Below are positions 40,205-50,140 of a stretch of 64,000 nucleotides of DNA, piece after piece. The number at the start of each line of letters is the position of its first letter. Within the stretch, counting starts at the first letter, position 1. The DNA is taken from assembly GCA_002726235.1 (NCBI GenBank), contig PBSN01000025.1, positions 1 through 64,000 on the forward strand. The letters are read 5' to 3'. Both the position numbers and the translations under genes were made by a program. The notes below the pieces were generated by a model. The model had not been told where the DNA came from. It saw only the letters and a program-made list of their open reading frames with translations, and made no database searches. This DNA comes from Nitrospiraceae bacterium. GTDB taxonomy: Bacteria > Nitrospirota > Nitrospiria > Nitrospirales > UBA2166.

Positions 40205-41788
40205 ATGAAAGTTGTCACAGCAAAAGAAATGCAGGCACTTGACCGCAAAGCGGTCAAGGAGTGCGGAATTCCGAGTCTTCAACTGATGGAGCGGGCAGGT
40301 GAAGGCGTTGTCCACGCTCTCGAGCAGGCGCACGGACCCATGCGAGAAAAAAGCGTCTCGATCGTCGTAGGGAAAGGCAACAATGGGGGTGACGGACTGG
40401 TTGTCGGACGCCTTTTGATGAAGCGAGGCGCAAAGGTGCAAGTCCATATACTCGTAGATCCTACAACGTTCATAGGTGACACACTCGCAAACTTCACACG
40501 ATATCGAGACCTCGGCGGAATGTTCATTGCTCCCCCACCATTCTCTCCTTCGTATATCCTGACATCACTTAAAGAGAGTGAACTCATCGTCGACGCCATC
40601 TTCGGAACTGGATTGAGCAAACCCATTGAAGGGATGTTCGCCGAGGTTGTTGAGTCCATAAACGAAAGCCATCGCCCAATTGTGTCTATTGATATTCCCT
40701 CCGGCTTGTCCGGGGATACCGGAACCGTGTTGGGATCGGTCATTCACGCGACTCAAACCGTGACTCTGGCAGTACCAAAACGCGGGCTGTTTCTCGGCCA
40801 AGGCATTACATGTTCTGGAGATATCGTCGTTGCTGACATCGGCATCCCACCCGTCTATACCGATGAAGCGGTGGTCATGACGCAACTGATCACCGGATCA
40901 TATGTGGCTACACAACTTCCCCCTCGGCCACGTGATGCACACAAAGGCACATTCGGACATGTGGGCATTATTGCAGGATCGGTCGGAAAGACTGGAGCCG
41001 CAGTTCTGACGAGCCAGGCAGCGTTGCGTACCGGCGCAGGGCTTGTCTCGCTCGCAACACCGGAAACCCTCAACGATACTCTTGAATCCATGCTGATTGA
41101 GGTAATGACTGTCCCCATTCCCGATATTCCCATCCGCGCATTTGGGTTGTCCTCTGTCACACCATTGCTTGAATTTGCCAACAAGAAGACAGCTGTGGCA
41201 ATCGGGCCGGGTATCGGAACCCATCAAGAAACCATTGCTGTCGTCATGGCACTCATCCCTCAACTCACCGTACCGTATGTGATCGATGCAGATGGACTCA
41301 CCGCGATCGCCATGAATCTTGCCATCCTCAATGCCGCCAGTACACCTATCATCCTCACGCCACACCCCGGAGAAATGGCAAAGCTCCTAGGCTGCACTAA
41401 TGCCGATGTCTCTCACAACCGACTCGGAGCTGCAACGGAACTCTCGCAAAAAACTGAAACAATAGTTATTCTGAAGGGTGCGCGAACGCTGATTGCCTGC
41501 CCCGATGGCTCTGTTGATATCTGCCCTACCGGAAACTCTGGGATGGCGACCGGAGGCACAGGAGATGTGTTGACCGGAATCATTACTGGACTCCTCGGTC
41601 AAGGGCTATCGCCAAGAACCGCAGCAATGGTCGGCGTCTATCTGCACGGATTAGCCGGTGATATCGCGGCAACGGCCCACGGCTCCTGTGGCATAATTGC
41701 AAGCGATCTCGTAGCATCAATTCCGCAAGCCATCACCACAGCTAAAACCACAGCGACAGGACCGCTTGGCCAACATATAGGCGAATGA
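40205..41788 (+). CDS. nnr: Bifunctional NAD(P)H-hydrate epimerase/dehydratase
   Basis: LMERAG, GKGNNGGDG, DAIFGTG, DIPSG; HKGTFG, DADGL, LTPHPGE, GGTGDVL.G. Confidence 0.95.
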   Translation: MKVVTAKEMQALDRKAVKECGIPSLQLMERAGEGVVHALEQAHGPMREKSVSIVVGKGNNGGDGLVVGRLLMKRGAKVQVHILVDPTTFIGDTLANFTRYRDLGGMFIAPPPFSPSYILTSLKESELIVDAIFGTGLSKPIEGMFAEVVESINESHRPIVSIDIPSGLSGDTGTVLGSVIHATQTVTLAVPKRGLFLGQGITCSGDIVVADIGIPPVYTDEAVVMTQLITGSYVATQLPPRPRDAHKGTFGHVGIIAGSVGKTGAAVLTSQAALRTGAGLVSLATPETLNDTLESMLIEVMTVPIPDIPIRAFGLSSVTPLLEFANKKTAVAIGPGIGTHQETIAVVMALIPQLTVPYVIDADGLTAIAMNLAILNAASTPIILTPHPGEMAKLLGCTNADVSHNRLGAATELSQKTETIVILKGARTLIACPDGSVDICPTGNSGMATGGTGDVLTGIITGLLGQGLSPRTAAMVGVYLHGLAGDIAATAHGSCGIIASDLVASIPQAITTAKTTATGPLGQHIGE

Positions 41789-41801
41789 CATTCGTAACGA
41801 C

Positions 41802-42236
41802 ATGAACTTCGGATCACACGAGACAACAGGCCCTGATCAAACCCGCCACATAGGCAACACACTTGGAAAAACGCTCAGTGGAGGGGAGGTACTCGCAATC
41901 ACAGGCGATCTCGGCGCTGGGAAAACTTGCCTCATCCAAGGTATTGCCCAAGGTTTAGGGATCGCATCCTCTGATATCACGAGCCCAACATTCACACTCA
42001 TTCACGAACATGAAGGGCGAATTCCATTGTTCCACATCGATCTCTATCGCCTTGAGAAACCTACTGAAGTTGAGGCGATCGGACTCGAAGAATATTTTTC
42101 ACGCGATGGAGTCACCGCCATCGAATGGGCAGAACGTGCCACACCCTTGCTCCCGCAGAACAGAGTTGATATTACCCTTTCACACGAGGGTGGAAACAAT
42201 CGCCGGATTACCATTACAAAAAAGGGGGAGCTTTAA
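41802..42236 (+). CDS. tsaE: tRNA threonylcarbamoyladenosine biosynthesis ATPase TsaE
   Basis: GDLGAGKT, TSPTF, H.DLYRL, IEW. Confidence 0.96.
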   Translation: MNFGSHETTGPDQTRHIGNTLGKTLSGGEVLAITGDLGAGKTCLIQGIAQGLGIASSDITSPTFTLIHEHEGRIPLFHIDLYRLEKPTEVEAIGLEEYFSRDGVTAIEWAERATPLLPQNRVDITLSHEGGNNRRITITKKGEL

Positions 42237-42358
42237 CGGGATGTTGAAACAGCCAGCCCAGCAAGGCCTCAGCAAGCGAGAAGGCAAATCGTACTGCTGT
42301 GGGTTGAGCTTCAGAACGAAGCGAAAACGAAGCTGGCAAAATGGTTCAATATCCTTTG
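42234..42358 (-). repeat. Dispersed TIR element, copy 3 (opposite orientation)
   Basis: ggatgttgaa...ttcaatatcc terminal IR; cagcaaggcctcag is the reverse complement of the ctgcggccttgcag core of copy 1 with 2 mismatches; begins at the tsaE TAA stop. Confidence 0.65.
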
Positions 42359-42371
42359 GCTTAAGAAGATC

Positions 42372-42899
42372 ATGAAACAGATTTGGGCTCCTTGGCGAAT
42401 GAATTACATCAAAAGCGCGGACACTGCTCCTAGTTGCATTTTCTGCGATAAACCCGGGATGTCACGCTCCAGAGACAAAGAGAGTTATATTTTCCATCGA
42501 GGCCAACGCGCATTCGTGATGATGAATATTTATCCGTATGCCAACGGACACCTTCTCATCGCGCCCTACCTCCATCTCCCAAGCCTTGAAGATCTCCCTG
42601 CGATCGTCAGCCATGACCTGATGGACCTTACTCGGCACTCTCTTGCAGTATTGCGCGCCACTCTCGCTCCAGATGGATTTAATGTTGGCATGAATCTCGG
42701 ACATGCTGCTGGCGCAGGGGTCAAATCCCATGTCCACCTACATATCGTTCCTCGGTGGAAGGGAGATAGCAACTTCATGCCCATCCTCGCCGAAACCCTC
42801 GTTGTGCCAGAGCACCTCAACACAACCTATAATAAGTTGCTACCTTACTTTCGCCGGAAACCGTTCATGCCATCGCCCAAGACCAGAAAAACCTCTTGA
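42372..42899 (+). CDS. HIT-family hydrolase (Ap4A phosphorylase-like)
   Basis: WAPWR..YI, CIFC, N.YPY..GHL, G.NLG..AGAG...HVHLHIVPRW.GD.NF. Confidence 0.9.
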   Translation: MKQIWAPWRMNYIKSADTAPSCIFCDKPGMSRSRDKESYIFHRGQRAFVMMNIYPYANGHLLIAPYLHLPSLEDLPAIVSHDLMDLTRHSLAVLRATLAPDGFNVGMNLGHAAGAGVKSHVHLHIVPRWKGDSNFMPILAETLVVPEHLNTTYNKLLPYFRRKPFMPSPKTRKTS

Positions 42900-42950
42900 G
42901 AGTTCATCGCCCATACTATACGACACACATTCTTTAACGAAGGGTACATA

Positions 42951-43961
42951 ATGAAAAAACAGTCCCCATGGATGGAGATTCCCGAAGTGCGCACGTTCGA
43001 ACATCTACGTGCCGCCGTAAATGGGTATACATACTCGCGCGTCATTCTCACCGCACTTGATTTAGACCTCTTCAGTGTGATCGGCGAGAAAACATGGACG
43101 ATACGCCGACTCGCTCGAACCGTGGATGCTAGTGAACGCGGCATCGACATTCTGTGTCGGAACTTGGCCAGTCTTGGATTGCTTGATAGCCAGAACGGCC
43201 GATACAAAAACTCTCCACTAGGCGCGACGGCCCTCAACAGGAAAAATCCAGAATATCGGGGTGCTTACTTATCCCTCCTTCAGCAACACTGGGATGCATG
43301 GTCTGGACTGACAAACTCAGTAAGATCAGGCACTCCGCATGATGATGGCGAACCGATCCATCAGGAAGAGTATCGTCGCGCATTCACCTGGGCCATGCAT
43401 CATCGCAGTCGCGACATCGCCCCACGCATCGCTAAACACATTGATCTTCGTGGATCCACTACCCTCTTGGATGTCGGCGGCGGCCCAGGTACCTATACCC
43501 TGGCCATGTTGGCGAGGTGGCCCAAACTGCATGGAACAATTGGGGATCGACCAGCAGCATTACAAGTCGCTCGCGCAGTCGCACGAAAACATCCTGCAGG
43601 TAAACGTCTTTCCTATCTTCCACTCGACTTCATGGCAGAGGACATTTCTGGTAGCTACGACGTGATCTTTCTCTCAAATGTGATTCATATTTATGGACCG
43701 GATGAAAACATCGAATTATTGAAAAAGATCAAAGCCGCTCTCAATCCTGGCGGACGAATCATTATCCAAGACTTCTTCTTATGGGACAAAAAAGGACTTC
43801 GCCCAATTGAAACGAACCTCTTTGCCATCACGATGCTCCTGTACACTGATACAGGCAACACCTATACCGCCCAAGAAGTAAAGAAGTGGATGACGAAAGC
43901 CGGATTCCGAGCACTGACGATAATCCAAATGCCAGACGAACCTTTGCTTGAGGGACGTTAG
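42951..43961 (+). CDS. SAM-dependent O-methyltransferase (dimerisation domain + Methyltransf_2)
   Basis: N-terminal dimerisation helix region; LLDVGGGPG, DF, YD...SNVIH, LNPGG..II.D. Confidence 0.88.
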   Translation: MKKQSPWMEIPEVRTFEHLRAAVNGYTYSRVILTALDLDLFSVIGEKTWTIRRLARTVDASERGIDILCRNLASLGLLDSQNGRYKNSPLGATALNRKNPEYRGAYLSLLQQHWDAWSGLTNSVRSGTPHDDGEPIHQEEYRRAFTWAMHHRSRDIAPRIAKHIDLRGSTTLLDVGGGPGTYTLAMLARWPKLHGTIGDRPAALQVARAVARKHPAGKRLSYLPLDFMAEDISGSYDVIFLSNVIHIYGPDENIELLKKIKAALNPGGRIIIQDFFLWDKKGLRPIETNLFAITMLLYTDTGNTYTAQEVKKWMTKAGFRALTIIQMPDEPLLEGR

Positions 43962-44038
43962 TGATAGCTTTATTTCTTACATGCCCCATCGCACAACCGG
44001 GGCAGTATCCTTAACCATTTCACTCCAAAGGACAACCC

Positions 44039-44614
44039 ATGGCATCGAAGTATTCTGTAATGCTTCCGTTAGGAACCCCGGCTCCGCCGTTTTCGCTGAC
44101 GGATGTCGTTTTGGGCCGAATCGTCACCTTGGATGATTTTTCGGGACAGCCCGGCCTCCTTGTCATGTTCATTTGCAACCACTGCCCATACGTCATTCAC
44201 GTTCGGAAAACTCTCGCAAAAATCGGAAAAGACTATGTGCCTAAGGACATTGGGATCGTGGCCATTAGCAGTAACGATGTCAACAACTACCCAGATGATT
44301 CCCCTGAGAAGCTGAAGGCAATGGCCGAATCTCTAAAGTTTAATTTCCCCGTCTGCTACGACGAGACCCAAGAAGTTGCAAAAGCATATCGCGCGGTATG
44401 CACTCCTGATTTTTTCCTTTTCGACAAGGAAAGACGGCTAGTATACCGAGGCCAACTCGACGACAGCCGGCCAGGAAACAATAAACCGGTTGATGGAGCA
44501 TCTCTCCGGTCGGCCATAGGTGCCGTCCTGACCGGCCACACTGTTGCAGTTAAACAAAAGCCAAGTGTAGGGTGTAGTATCAAGTGGAAACCCGACAACG
44601 AACCTGACACCTAA
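44039..44614 (+). CDS. Thioredoxin-family protein (AhpC/TSA-like)
   Basis: MFICNHCPYV, SSND...YPDDSPE, CTPDFFLFD, YRGQLDDSRP, S.GCSIKWK. Confidence 0.9.
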   Translation: MASKYSVMLPLGTPAPPFSLTDVVLGRIVTLDDFSGQPGLLVMFICNHCPYVIHVRKTLAKIGKDYVPKDIGIVAISSNDVNNYPDDSPEKLKAMAESLKFNFPVCYDETQEVAKAYRAVCTPDFFLFDKERRLVYRGQLDDSRPGNNKPVDGASLRSAIGAVLTGHTVAVKQKPSVGCSIKWKPDNEPDT

Positions 44615-44624
44615 AACCAACGAC

Positions 44625-45713
44625 ATGGGCGAACACACTTCCACAGACATCATGACGACAGGACGATTCTGGGCCAGCGCCGCCCTTACCTTAACAATTG
44701 CCCTCTTCCTAGCAGGACTCTTCTTCACTGTCATGCTGCCTTTTCTTGGTGCAGTTGTGTGGGCAGCAATTCTCGCCGATGCGCTATATCCTGTACACCG
44801 CCGTCTCACCGCATTGCTCAAAGGTCGAGATGGCTTGAGTGCCTTGCTAACCTGTCTAGGCATGATTCTTTTGATCATCATGCCCGCCGTGTATCTCGCA
44901 ATGCTCCTCGGCCAAGAATTACTTCGAGGTATCACGATTTTCCAAGAGGCTCTTCGGACAGGTTCATTCCCTTTGCTTGATTGGTTAAACCAGCAACCCC
45001 TTGCGCGAGAATTTGTATCTCGAGTTGAGGAATACTTTCACCAGACAGGAAAAGACGTTCGCACGGTCATCCTTGACAATGTCAGGCAAGTAGGCGGAAC
45101 GGCGGCGGCCATCGTTTCTGCAGCGGTAGGAAATATTGTAATGGGCACGCTGTCACTGGCAATTACGGTCGTCACTGTATTTTTCTTTTTGAGAGATGGA
45201 AAAGAACTCATGGGCTGGCTGTGTGAAGTGCTCCCATTTCACCAAGAACGCCAACGTCTACTCATGGAAAGGATGCACATGGTCGTGCGTGCAACGGTCT
45301 ATGGCGTTGGTATAGTTGCACTCACCGAAGGCCTGCTGGGAGGATTGGCCTTTTGGGCCCTAGGACTACCCACTCCAGTCTTGTGGGGTACGGTGATCAC
45401 CATCATGGCCTTTCTTCCCGTGTTGGGAGCATCAGTCGTGTGGGCACCTGCCGCCATCATGCTAGCCATGCAGGGCGCTTATCTCAAAGCGATTCTCCTC
45501 ACAGTCTGGGGAATCGTCGCAATAGGGTTCCTCGTTGACTACGTTCTTCGTACCCTACTCATCGGTCGCGGAGCGCAACTGCACGTACTCTTAGTCTTTT
45601 TCAGTGTGTTGGGAGGAATCGCAGCGTTTGGTCTTGTCGGCATCGTCGCTGGCCCATTGATCATGGCGACTGGCCTCGCCTTAATTGAATCGGCAAAATC
45701 CGATCCAGCCTAA
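44625..45713 (+). CDS. AI-2E family transporter
   Basis: Multi-TM; FFFLRDG, P.LG...VW.P, SVLGG...FG.VG...GP. Confidence 0.88.
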   Translation: MGEHTSTDIMTTGRFWASAALTLTIALFLAGLFFTVMLPFLGAVVWAAILADALYPVHRRLTALLKGRDGLSALLTCLGMILLIIMPAVYLAMLLGQELLRGITIFQEALRTGSFPLLDWLNQQPLAREFVSRVEEYFHQTGKDVRTVILDNVRQVGGTAAAIVSAAVGNIVMGTLSLAITVVTVFFFLRDGKELMGWLCEVLPFHQERQRLLMERMHMVVRATVYGVGIVALTEGLLGGLAFWALGLPTPVLWGTVITIMAFLPVLGASVVWAPAAIMLAMQGAYLKAILLTVWGIVAIGFLVDYVLRTLLIGRGAQLHVLLVFFSVLGGIAAFGLVGIVAGPLIMATGLALIESAKSDPA

Positions 45714-45715
45714 CG

Positions 45716-46498
45716 TCAAGCGATTTGTGCCCTGAGCTTCCTCATTCGATGGGCTGCTGCACTTCGCAGCAAGGCCCGAGGAAGAAGTGACATGATGAGT
45801 GCATTGACTCGATTGATCGCCCCTGGAACACAAATAACTTTGTCTTTCTGAAGTGCACACAGTGATTCATCAACGACCAGTTTCGGATCCATCCAACTAG
45901 ATAGCTGATTGGTCGTGTCGATGCCTGCCTGTTCATGAAACTCAGTGCGTGTTCGGCTAGGGCATAGTGCCTGCACCTTCACTCCCGTCCCTTTGAGTTC
46001 CTCATGAATTGCTTCGGTGAAGCTCTTTACATATGCTTTGCTCGCGGAATAGGTCGCAAGAAAGGGCACCGGTAACAACGCCACAATTGATGATACATTG
46101 ATAATCGCACCCCGTTGCCTAACAACCATTCCATGAATCGCAGCATGGGTCAGTCGCATCAAGGCGAGAATATTAAGCCGAATTTCTTCATCTTCAATAT
46201 CAAGATCGAGATCGCCGTAGGCTCCAATCTTTCCAAATCCAGCATTATTCACCAGCAATTCAATGCTGGAATCTTCATGGATTTTTTGCTCGACCGCCTT
46301 GAGATCAGATGAATTCGTTAAATCGGCTGGTAAGACATCAATCGCTACGCCGCATGTATCCCTGAGAACACTTGCAAGTGCTTCAAGTCTCTCACGCCGT
46401 CTAGCGACCAAAACCACATCATAGCCATCATTGGCCAGGCGCTCTGCAAACGCCTGGCCAATGCCTGATGATGCTCCCGTAATCACAGCACGCTTCAT
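45716..46498 (-). CDS. Short-chain dehydrogenase/reductase
   Basis: TGASSGIG, LVNNAG, NVSS, YSASK; ARR suggests NADP(H) preference. Confidence 0.92.
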   Translation of the reverse strand: MKRAVITGASSGIGQAFAERLANDGYDVVLVARRRERLEALASVLRDTCGVAIDVLPADLTNSSDLKAVEQKIHEDSSIELLVNNAGFGKIGAYGDLDLDIEDEEIRLNILALMRLTHAAIHGMVVRQRGAIINVSSIVALLPVPFLATYSASKAYVKSFTEAIHEELKGTGVKVQALCPSRTRTEFHEQAGIDTTNQLSSWMDPKLVVDESLCALQKDKVICVPGAINRVNALIMSLLPRALLRSAAAHRMRKLRAQIA

Positions 46499-46765
46499 CT
46501 CTCAGCACACCTTGAACTCACACAGGGAATCATCCCACACACTTCTCGCAAAGCGACGTATCTGATATTTACTAAACAGGATTGTTGTCCAGAGAAAATT
46601 GATGTGAACATTCCATTTCCTCACAGCAGATCAATATGCGTAGAAACCGACGTCTCATCATGACAGCATGGCGGTTCCACGACAAACATTTTTTCGACAA
46701 CTACCCTCCTCGAATTTCCCTCTTCTCTAGAAAACATTTGACGCCAGATCACATTATGCAGTAAA

Positions 46766-46780
46766 TAGTAATTATTACTA
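46766..46780. promoter_or_regulatory. Per/Fur box (7-1-7 inverted repeat)
   Basis: TAGTAAT-T-ATTACTA, ending 14 nt before the perR ATG; TTGACG at 46738-46743 upstream. Confidence 0.7.
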
Positions 46781-46794
46781 AATTGAGAATTTAA

Positions 46795-47247
46795 ATGACT
46801 ATTGCCGCCATCCAAAAACTATTTCGCGAAAAACGTCTTAAGGTAACACCACAACGCTGTGCTATTTATAACATGATGATACATACGCAATCTCACCCGA
46901 CAGCTGAAGAAATTATCTCTCACGTGAAGCAGGCACTTCCAATGATTTCACTAAATACCGTCTACTACACGCTCAACGTCTTTGAAACTGCTGGCCTCAT
47001 CATGTCTATTAACAACACACATACCCGTTATGACACCAACCTTGAACCACATCACCATTTAATTTGTGTCTCCTGCCGAAAGATCGAGGACGTGTTTGAC
47101 GATGCCCTAAACCAACTACATCTTTCCCAGAAGTCTGACTTTGAAATTAGAGGCTATCGAGTAGAATTTTACGGGCACTGCCTCAACTGCCAAAAGCCTG
47201 GAACTTCAATACGTAGAAATAAGCGACTAGCGATCACGCACCTGTAA
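46795..47247 (+). CDS. perR: Fur-family regulator, PerR-like
   Basis: TPQR, HPTAEEI, RYD...HHH.IC..C.KIED (Asp as in PerR), GHC..C; next to a peroxiredoxin. Confidence 0.8.
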   Translation: MTIAAIQKLFREKRLKVTPQRCAIYNMMIHTQSHPTAEEIISHVKQALPMISLNTVYYTLNVFETAGLIMSINNTHTRYDTNLEPHHHLICVSCRKIEDVFDDALNQLHLSQKSDFEIRGYRVEFYGHCLNCQKPGTSIRRNKRLAITHL

Positions 47248-47275
47248 CTTTAAACACAAGAAGGAGATTGAGCTG

Positions 47276-47920
47276 ATGAGCGATGATTACACGGACATTG
47301 ATGATTGTTGTACAAATTTTGCAGGTGTATTAGTGACAAAAGAAGCTCCTGATTTTGTGGCACCAACCGTCATGTCTGATGGTACCGTAAAAGAGGATTT
47401 TAGACTCTCTGACTTGAAGGGAAAATACGTAGTGCTCTTCTTCTGGCCTCTTGACTTCACCTTCGTATGTCCTACGGAAATAATCGCCCATGACCATCGC
47501 ATTGATGAGTTCAAAAAACGCGGTGTTGAAGTCGTGGGAGTGTCCATCGATTCGCAGTTCACTCATTGCGCATGGCGGAACACGCCTCCAGAGAAAGGGG
47601 GCATTGGTCAAGTCCGGTTTCCGATGGTGGCCGACGTGAAACACACTATCGCCCAAGCATATGGTGTCGAGCACCCAGCAGGCGTTGCTCTTCGAGCGTC
47701 ATTTCTTATTGACAAGGCTGGCATCGTACAACATCAGGTTGTGAACAATCTTCCCCTTGGAAGAAACGTTGATGAGATGCTACGGATTGTTGATGCGTTG
47801 CAGTTCACCGAAAAACACGGGGAAGTATGCCCTGCTGGATGGAACAAAGACAAAGAGGGTATGAAGGCAACAGCAGAGGGCGTCGCAAAGTATCTCATTG
47901 CACACTCAAAAGATCTTTGA
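47276..47920 (+). CDS. ahpC: 2-Cys peroxiredoxin (AhpC/Prx1)
   Basis: FWPLDFTFVCPTE, GRNVDE.LR, GEVCPAGW. Confidence 0.93.
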   Translation: MSDDYTDIDDCCTNFAGVLVTKEAPDFVAPTVMSDGTVKEDFRLSDLKGKYVVLFFWPLDFTFVCPTEIIAHDHRIDEFKKRGVEVVGVSIDSQFTHCAWRNTPPEKGGIGQVRFPMVADVKHTIAQAYGVEHPAGVALRASFLIDKAGIVQHQVVNNLPLGRNVDEMLRIVDALQFTEKHGEVCPAGWNKDKEGMKATAEGVAKYLIAHSKDL

Positions 47921-47980
47921 TTTGGAAAATCCAAATAATAGCCCATCGCAAAATACCAGGGACTAGCAGAATTTAATAAT

Positions 47981-49309
47981 ATGTCTGAACCTCGACTTCT
48001 TAAATATCGCCACTCCCCTTCTTGGGATATCGATGCCTATGTCAAGAATGGGGGGTACCAGGCCCTACAAACCTGTGTCACTACACTCACCCAGAATGAG
48101 ATCATCACACAGGTGAAACAGGCCGGGCTTCGAGGCCGCGGAGGGGCGGCATTCCCCACTTGGCTTAAATTCGACAAAGTCCTGAACCACGAGACAACTG
48201 AACATCATTTCGTCTGCAACGCCGGCGAACACGAGCCAGGAACGTTCAAAGACCGGCATCTTCTTCGTACCAATCCACACCAAATCATCGAGGGGTGCGC
48301 CATTGCAGCATACGCGGTAAATGCGACAACGGCATCAGTCTATATCAACAACGACTATGCCGAGGAAATTGGCATTTTCAGAAAAGCATTGGCACTAGCC
48401 AAGGACGGTGGGTATCTGAGAAGGACAGTGTTCGGAAGTGATGCTGATTTGAACATCGAAGTCTTCGTTGGAGCAGGAAGTTACGTAGCCGGCGAGGAAA
48501 CGGCAATGCTGGAATCGATGCAAGGCCGCCCGGCCATACCGCGACAGAAACCGCCATTCTACCCAACAGAATTTGGTCTACACGGAAAACCTACTTTGGT
48601 AAACAACGTAGAAACCATTTCGAATCTTCCTCATATTATTCAACACGGAGCTGCGTGGTTCTCAAGCGTTGGAACGGCAAAAAACCCCGGCACGATGTTG
48701 TTCTCACTCAGCGGAGCGGTGAATCGCCCTGGAGTGTATGAACTATCTTTGGGCACACCCCTAAAAACGCTCATTGATGAGTATGGCAACGGCATCCCCG
48801 GTGGCCACGAGGTCAAAGCGGTCTTTCCGGGCGGACCGTCGTTTGCGATGTTACCCGGCACACAACTGGACGTGCCACTCGACACTGAAGCACTCAAGCA
48901 AGCTGGATCGGGCTTAGGTTCAGCAGGCGTAATCGTGATTGATGATCAGACCTGCATGATTGATACGATGTTACATTTTATGCGCTTTTTTCAGAGAGAA
49001 AGCTGTGGGCAATGTCCGCCCTGCCGCCTAGGAACGATTAATCTCAAATCGGGCATCCACAAAATTCATTCTGGAAAAGGCAGTGAACGCGATATCGACA
49101 CCTTAATTGAACTCTGCAGATTTGCAAAGGGACAAGGGTATTGTACATTGGTCACGGGAGCAAGCGTTCTGCTGGAAAGTAGCATTCGCTATTTTCGAAA
49201 TGAATATGAAGCCCATATCCATGGGGCACCATGTACCCTTCGCCCCTACTCGCCAGCCACCTCGCACGCTGTTGAAATTGTTGACCAAGCGCAGACCGGC
49301 ACAGCATAA
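47981..49309 (+). CDS. Stand-alone NuoF-family FMN/[4Fe-4S] NAD(P)H oxidoreductase
   Basis: GLRGRGGAAFPT, EPGTFKDR, GAGSYVAGEETA, PTLVNNVET, SCGQCPPCR...C (N3 cluster); no nuoE or nuoG neighbours. Confidence 0.88.
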   Translation: MSEPRLLKYRHSPSWDIDAYVKNGGYQALQTCVTTLTQNEIITQVKQAGLRGRGGAAFPTWLKFDKVLNHETTEHHFVCNAGEHEPGTFKDRHLLRTNPHQIIEGCAIAAYAVNATTASVYINNDYAEEIGIFRKALALAKDGGYLRRTVFGSDADLNIEVFVGAGSYVAGEETAMLESMQGRPAIPRQKPPFYPTEFGLHGKPTLVNNVETISNLPHIIQHGAAWFSSVGTAKNPGTMLFSLSGAVNRPGVYELSLGTPLKTLIDEYGNGIPGGHEVKAVFPGGPSFAMLPGTQLDVPLDTEALKQAGSGLGSAGVIVIDDQTCMIDTMLHFMRFFQRESCGQCPPCRLGTINLKSGIHKIHSGKGSERDIDTLIELCRFAKGQGYCTLVTGASVLLESSIRYFRNEYEAHIHGAPCTLRPYSPATSHAVEIVDQAQTGTA

Positions 49310-49314
49310 GTGTT

Positions 49315-49626
49315 ATGATGCCACACATTGAATTTGTTCATCCCAACGGCACATCCGGCGAAGTCGAGATGAACATCACGCTTTTGGAAGCAGCTCAACA
49401 ACTCGGATTTCCTCTCAAACACGAATGTGGTGGAAGTGCAGCATGTTCCACATGCCGCGTCGAGGTCAAAGAAGGGGCAGAAAACCTTAATGAGATTGGT
49501 TTCGATGAGCAAGACCTTCTCGACCGTGAGGAAATCGGTGAACCGTGGCGGCTGGGGTGCCAAGCGCGGCTCCTTGGTGATGTGAAAGTCTGTGTCCCAA
49601 GCCATGCGGAGAGCCATATCAGCTAA
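49315..49626 (+). CDS. [2Fe-2S] ferredoxin (ISC/adrenodoxin type)
   Basis: HECGGSAACSTC...RLGCQ. Confidence 0.92.
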   Translation: MMPHIEFVHPNGTSGEVEMNITLLEAAQQLGFPLKHECGGSAACSTCRVEVKEGAENLNEIGFDEQDLLDREEIGEPWRLGCQARLLGDVKVCVPSHAESHIS

Positions 49627-49722
49627 TCTCTACCCAAAAACTCACATGATGATTCCCAATATGATATCCTTAACAGCTACGGTGCTGTTGCAGTCTTTAA
49701 TGCATGGCAAGGAGAAAAAACC

Positions 49723-50043
49723 ATGGTTACCGTCACTGAAAAAGCCGAACACAAAATTAAGGAATTGATGAATGAAGAAGAAGACATGATTGGCCTTCGC
49801 GTGTACGTCAAAGGGGGAGGATGCCACGGATTCTCATACGGAATGTCATTTGAGTCTGAGCCCACTGATGAGGACAATATTTTCGAGAAAGCCGGCGTCA
49901 AAGTCATCATCGATCCTCAGAGTTCCCCATTGCTTTTAGGATGTGAGATCGACTATGTTGACAGCCTTCAAGGCTCAGGGTTTTCGGTCAAGAACCCTCA
50001 GGCAAAAACTACCTGTGGATGTGGGTCGTCATTCGGCGTCTAA
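49723..50043 (+). CDS. erpA: A-type Fe-S carrier ErpA/IscA
   Basis: LRVYV.GGGC.GFSY, IDYVDSL.GSGF..KNP.AKTTCGCGSSF. Confidence 0.9.
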   Translation: MVTVTEKAEHKIKELMNEEEDMIGLRVYVKGGGCHGFSYGMSFESEPTDEDNIFEKAGVKVIIDPQSSPLLLGCEIDYVDSLQGSGFSVKNPQAKTTCGCGSSFGV

Positions 50044-50140
50044 CCGTTAACGAATACCTAACCCTGCTAAGGACAGCGTTCCCACCCCCTGACTGACGAC
50101 AGTCGGCCGGTGGCCTTTTACTTCTTGTACGAGCACACGA

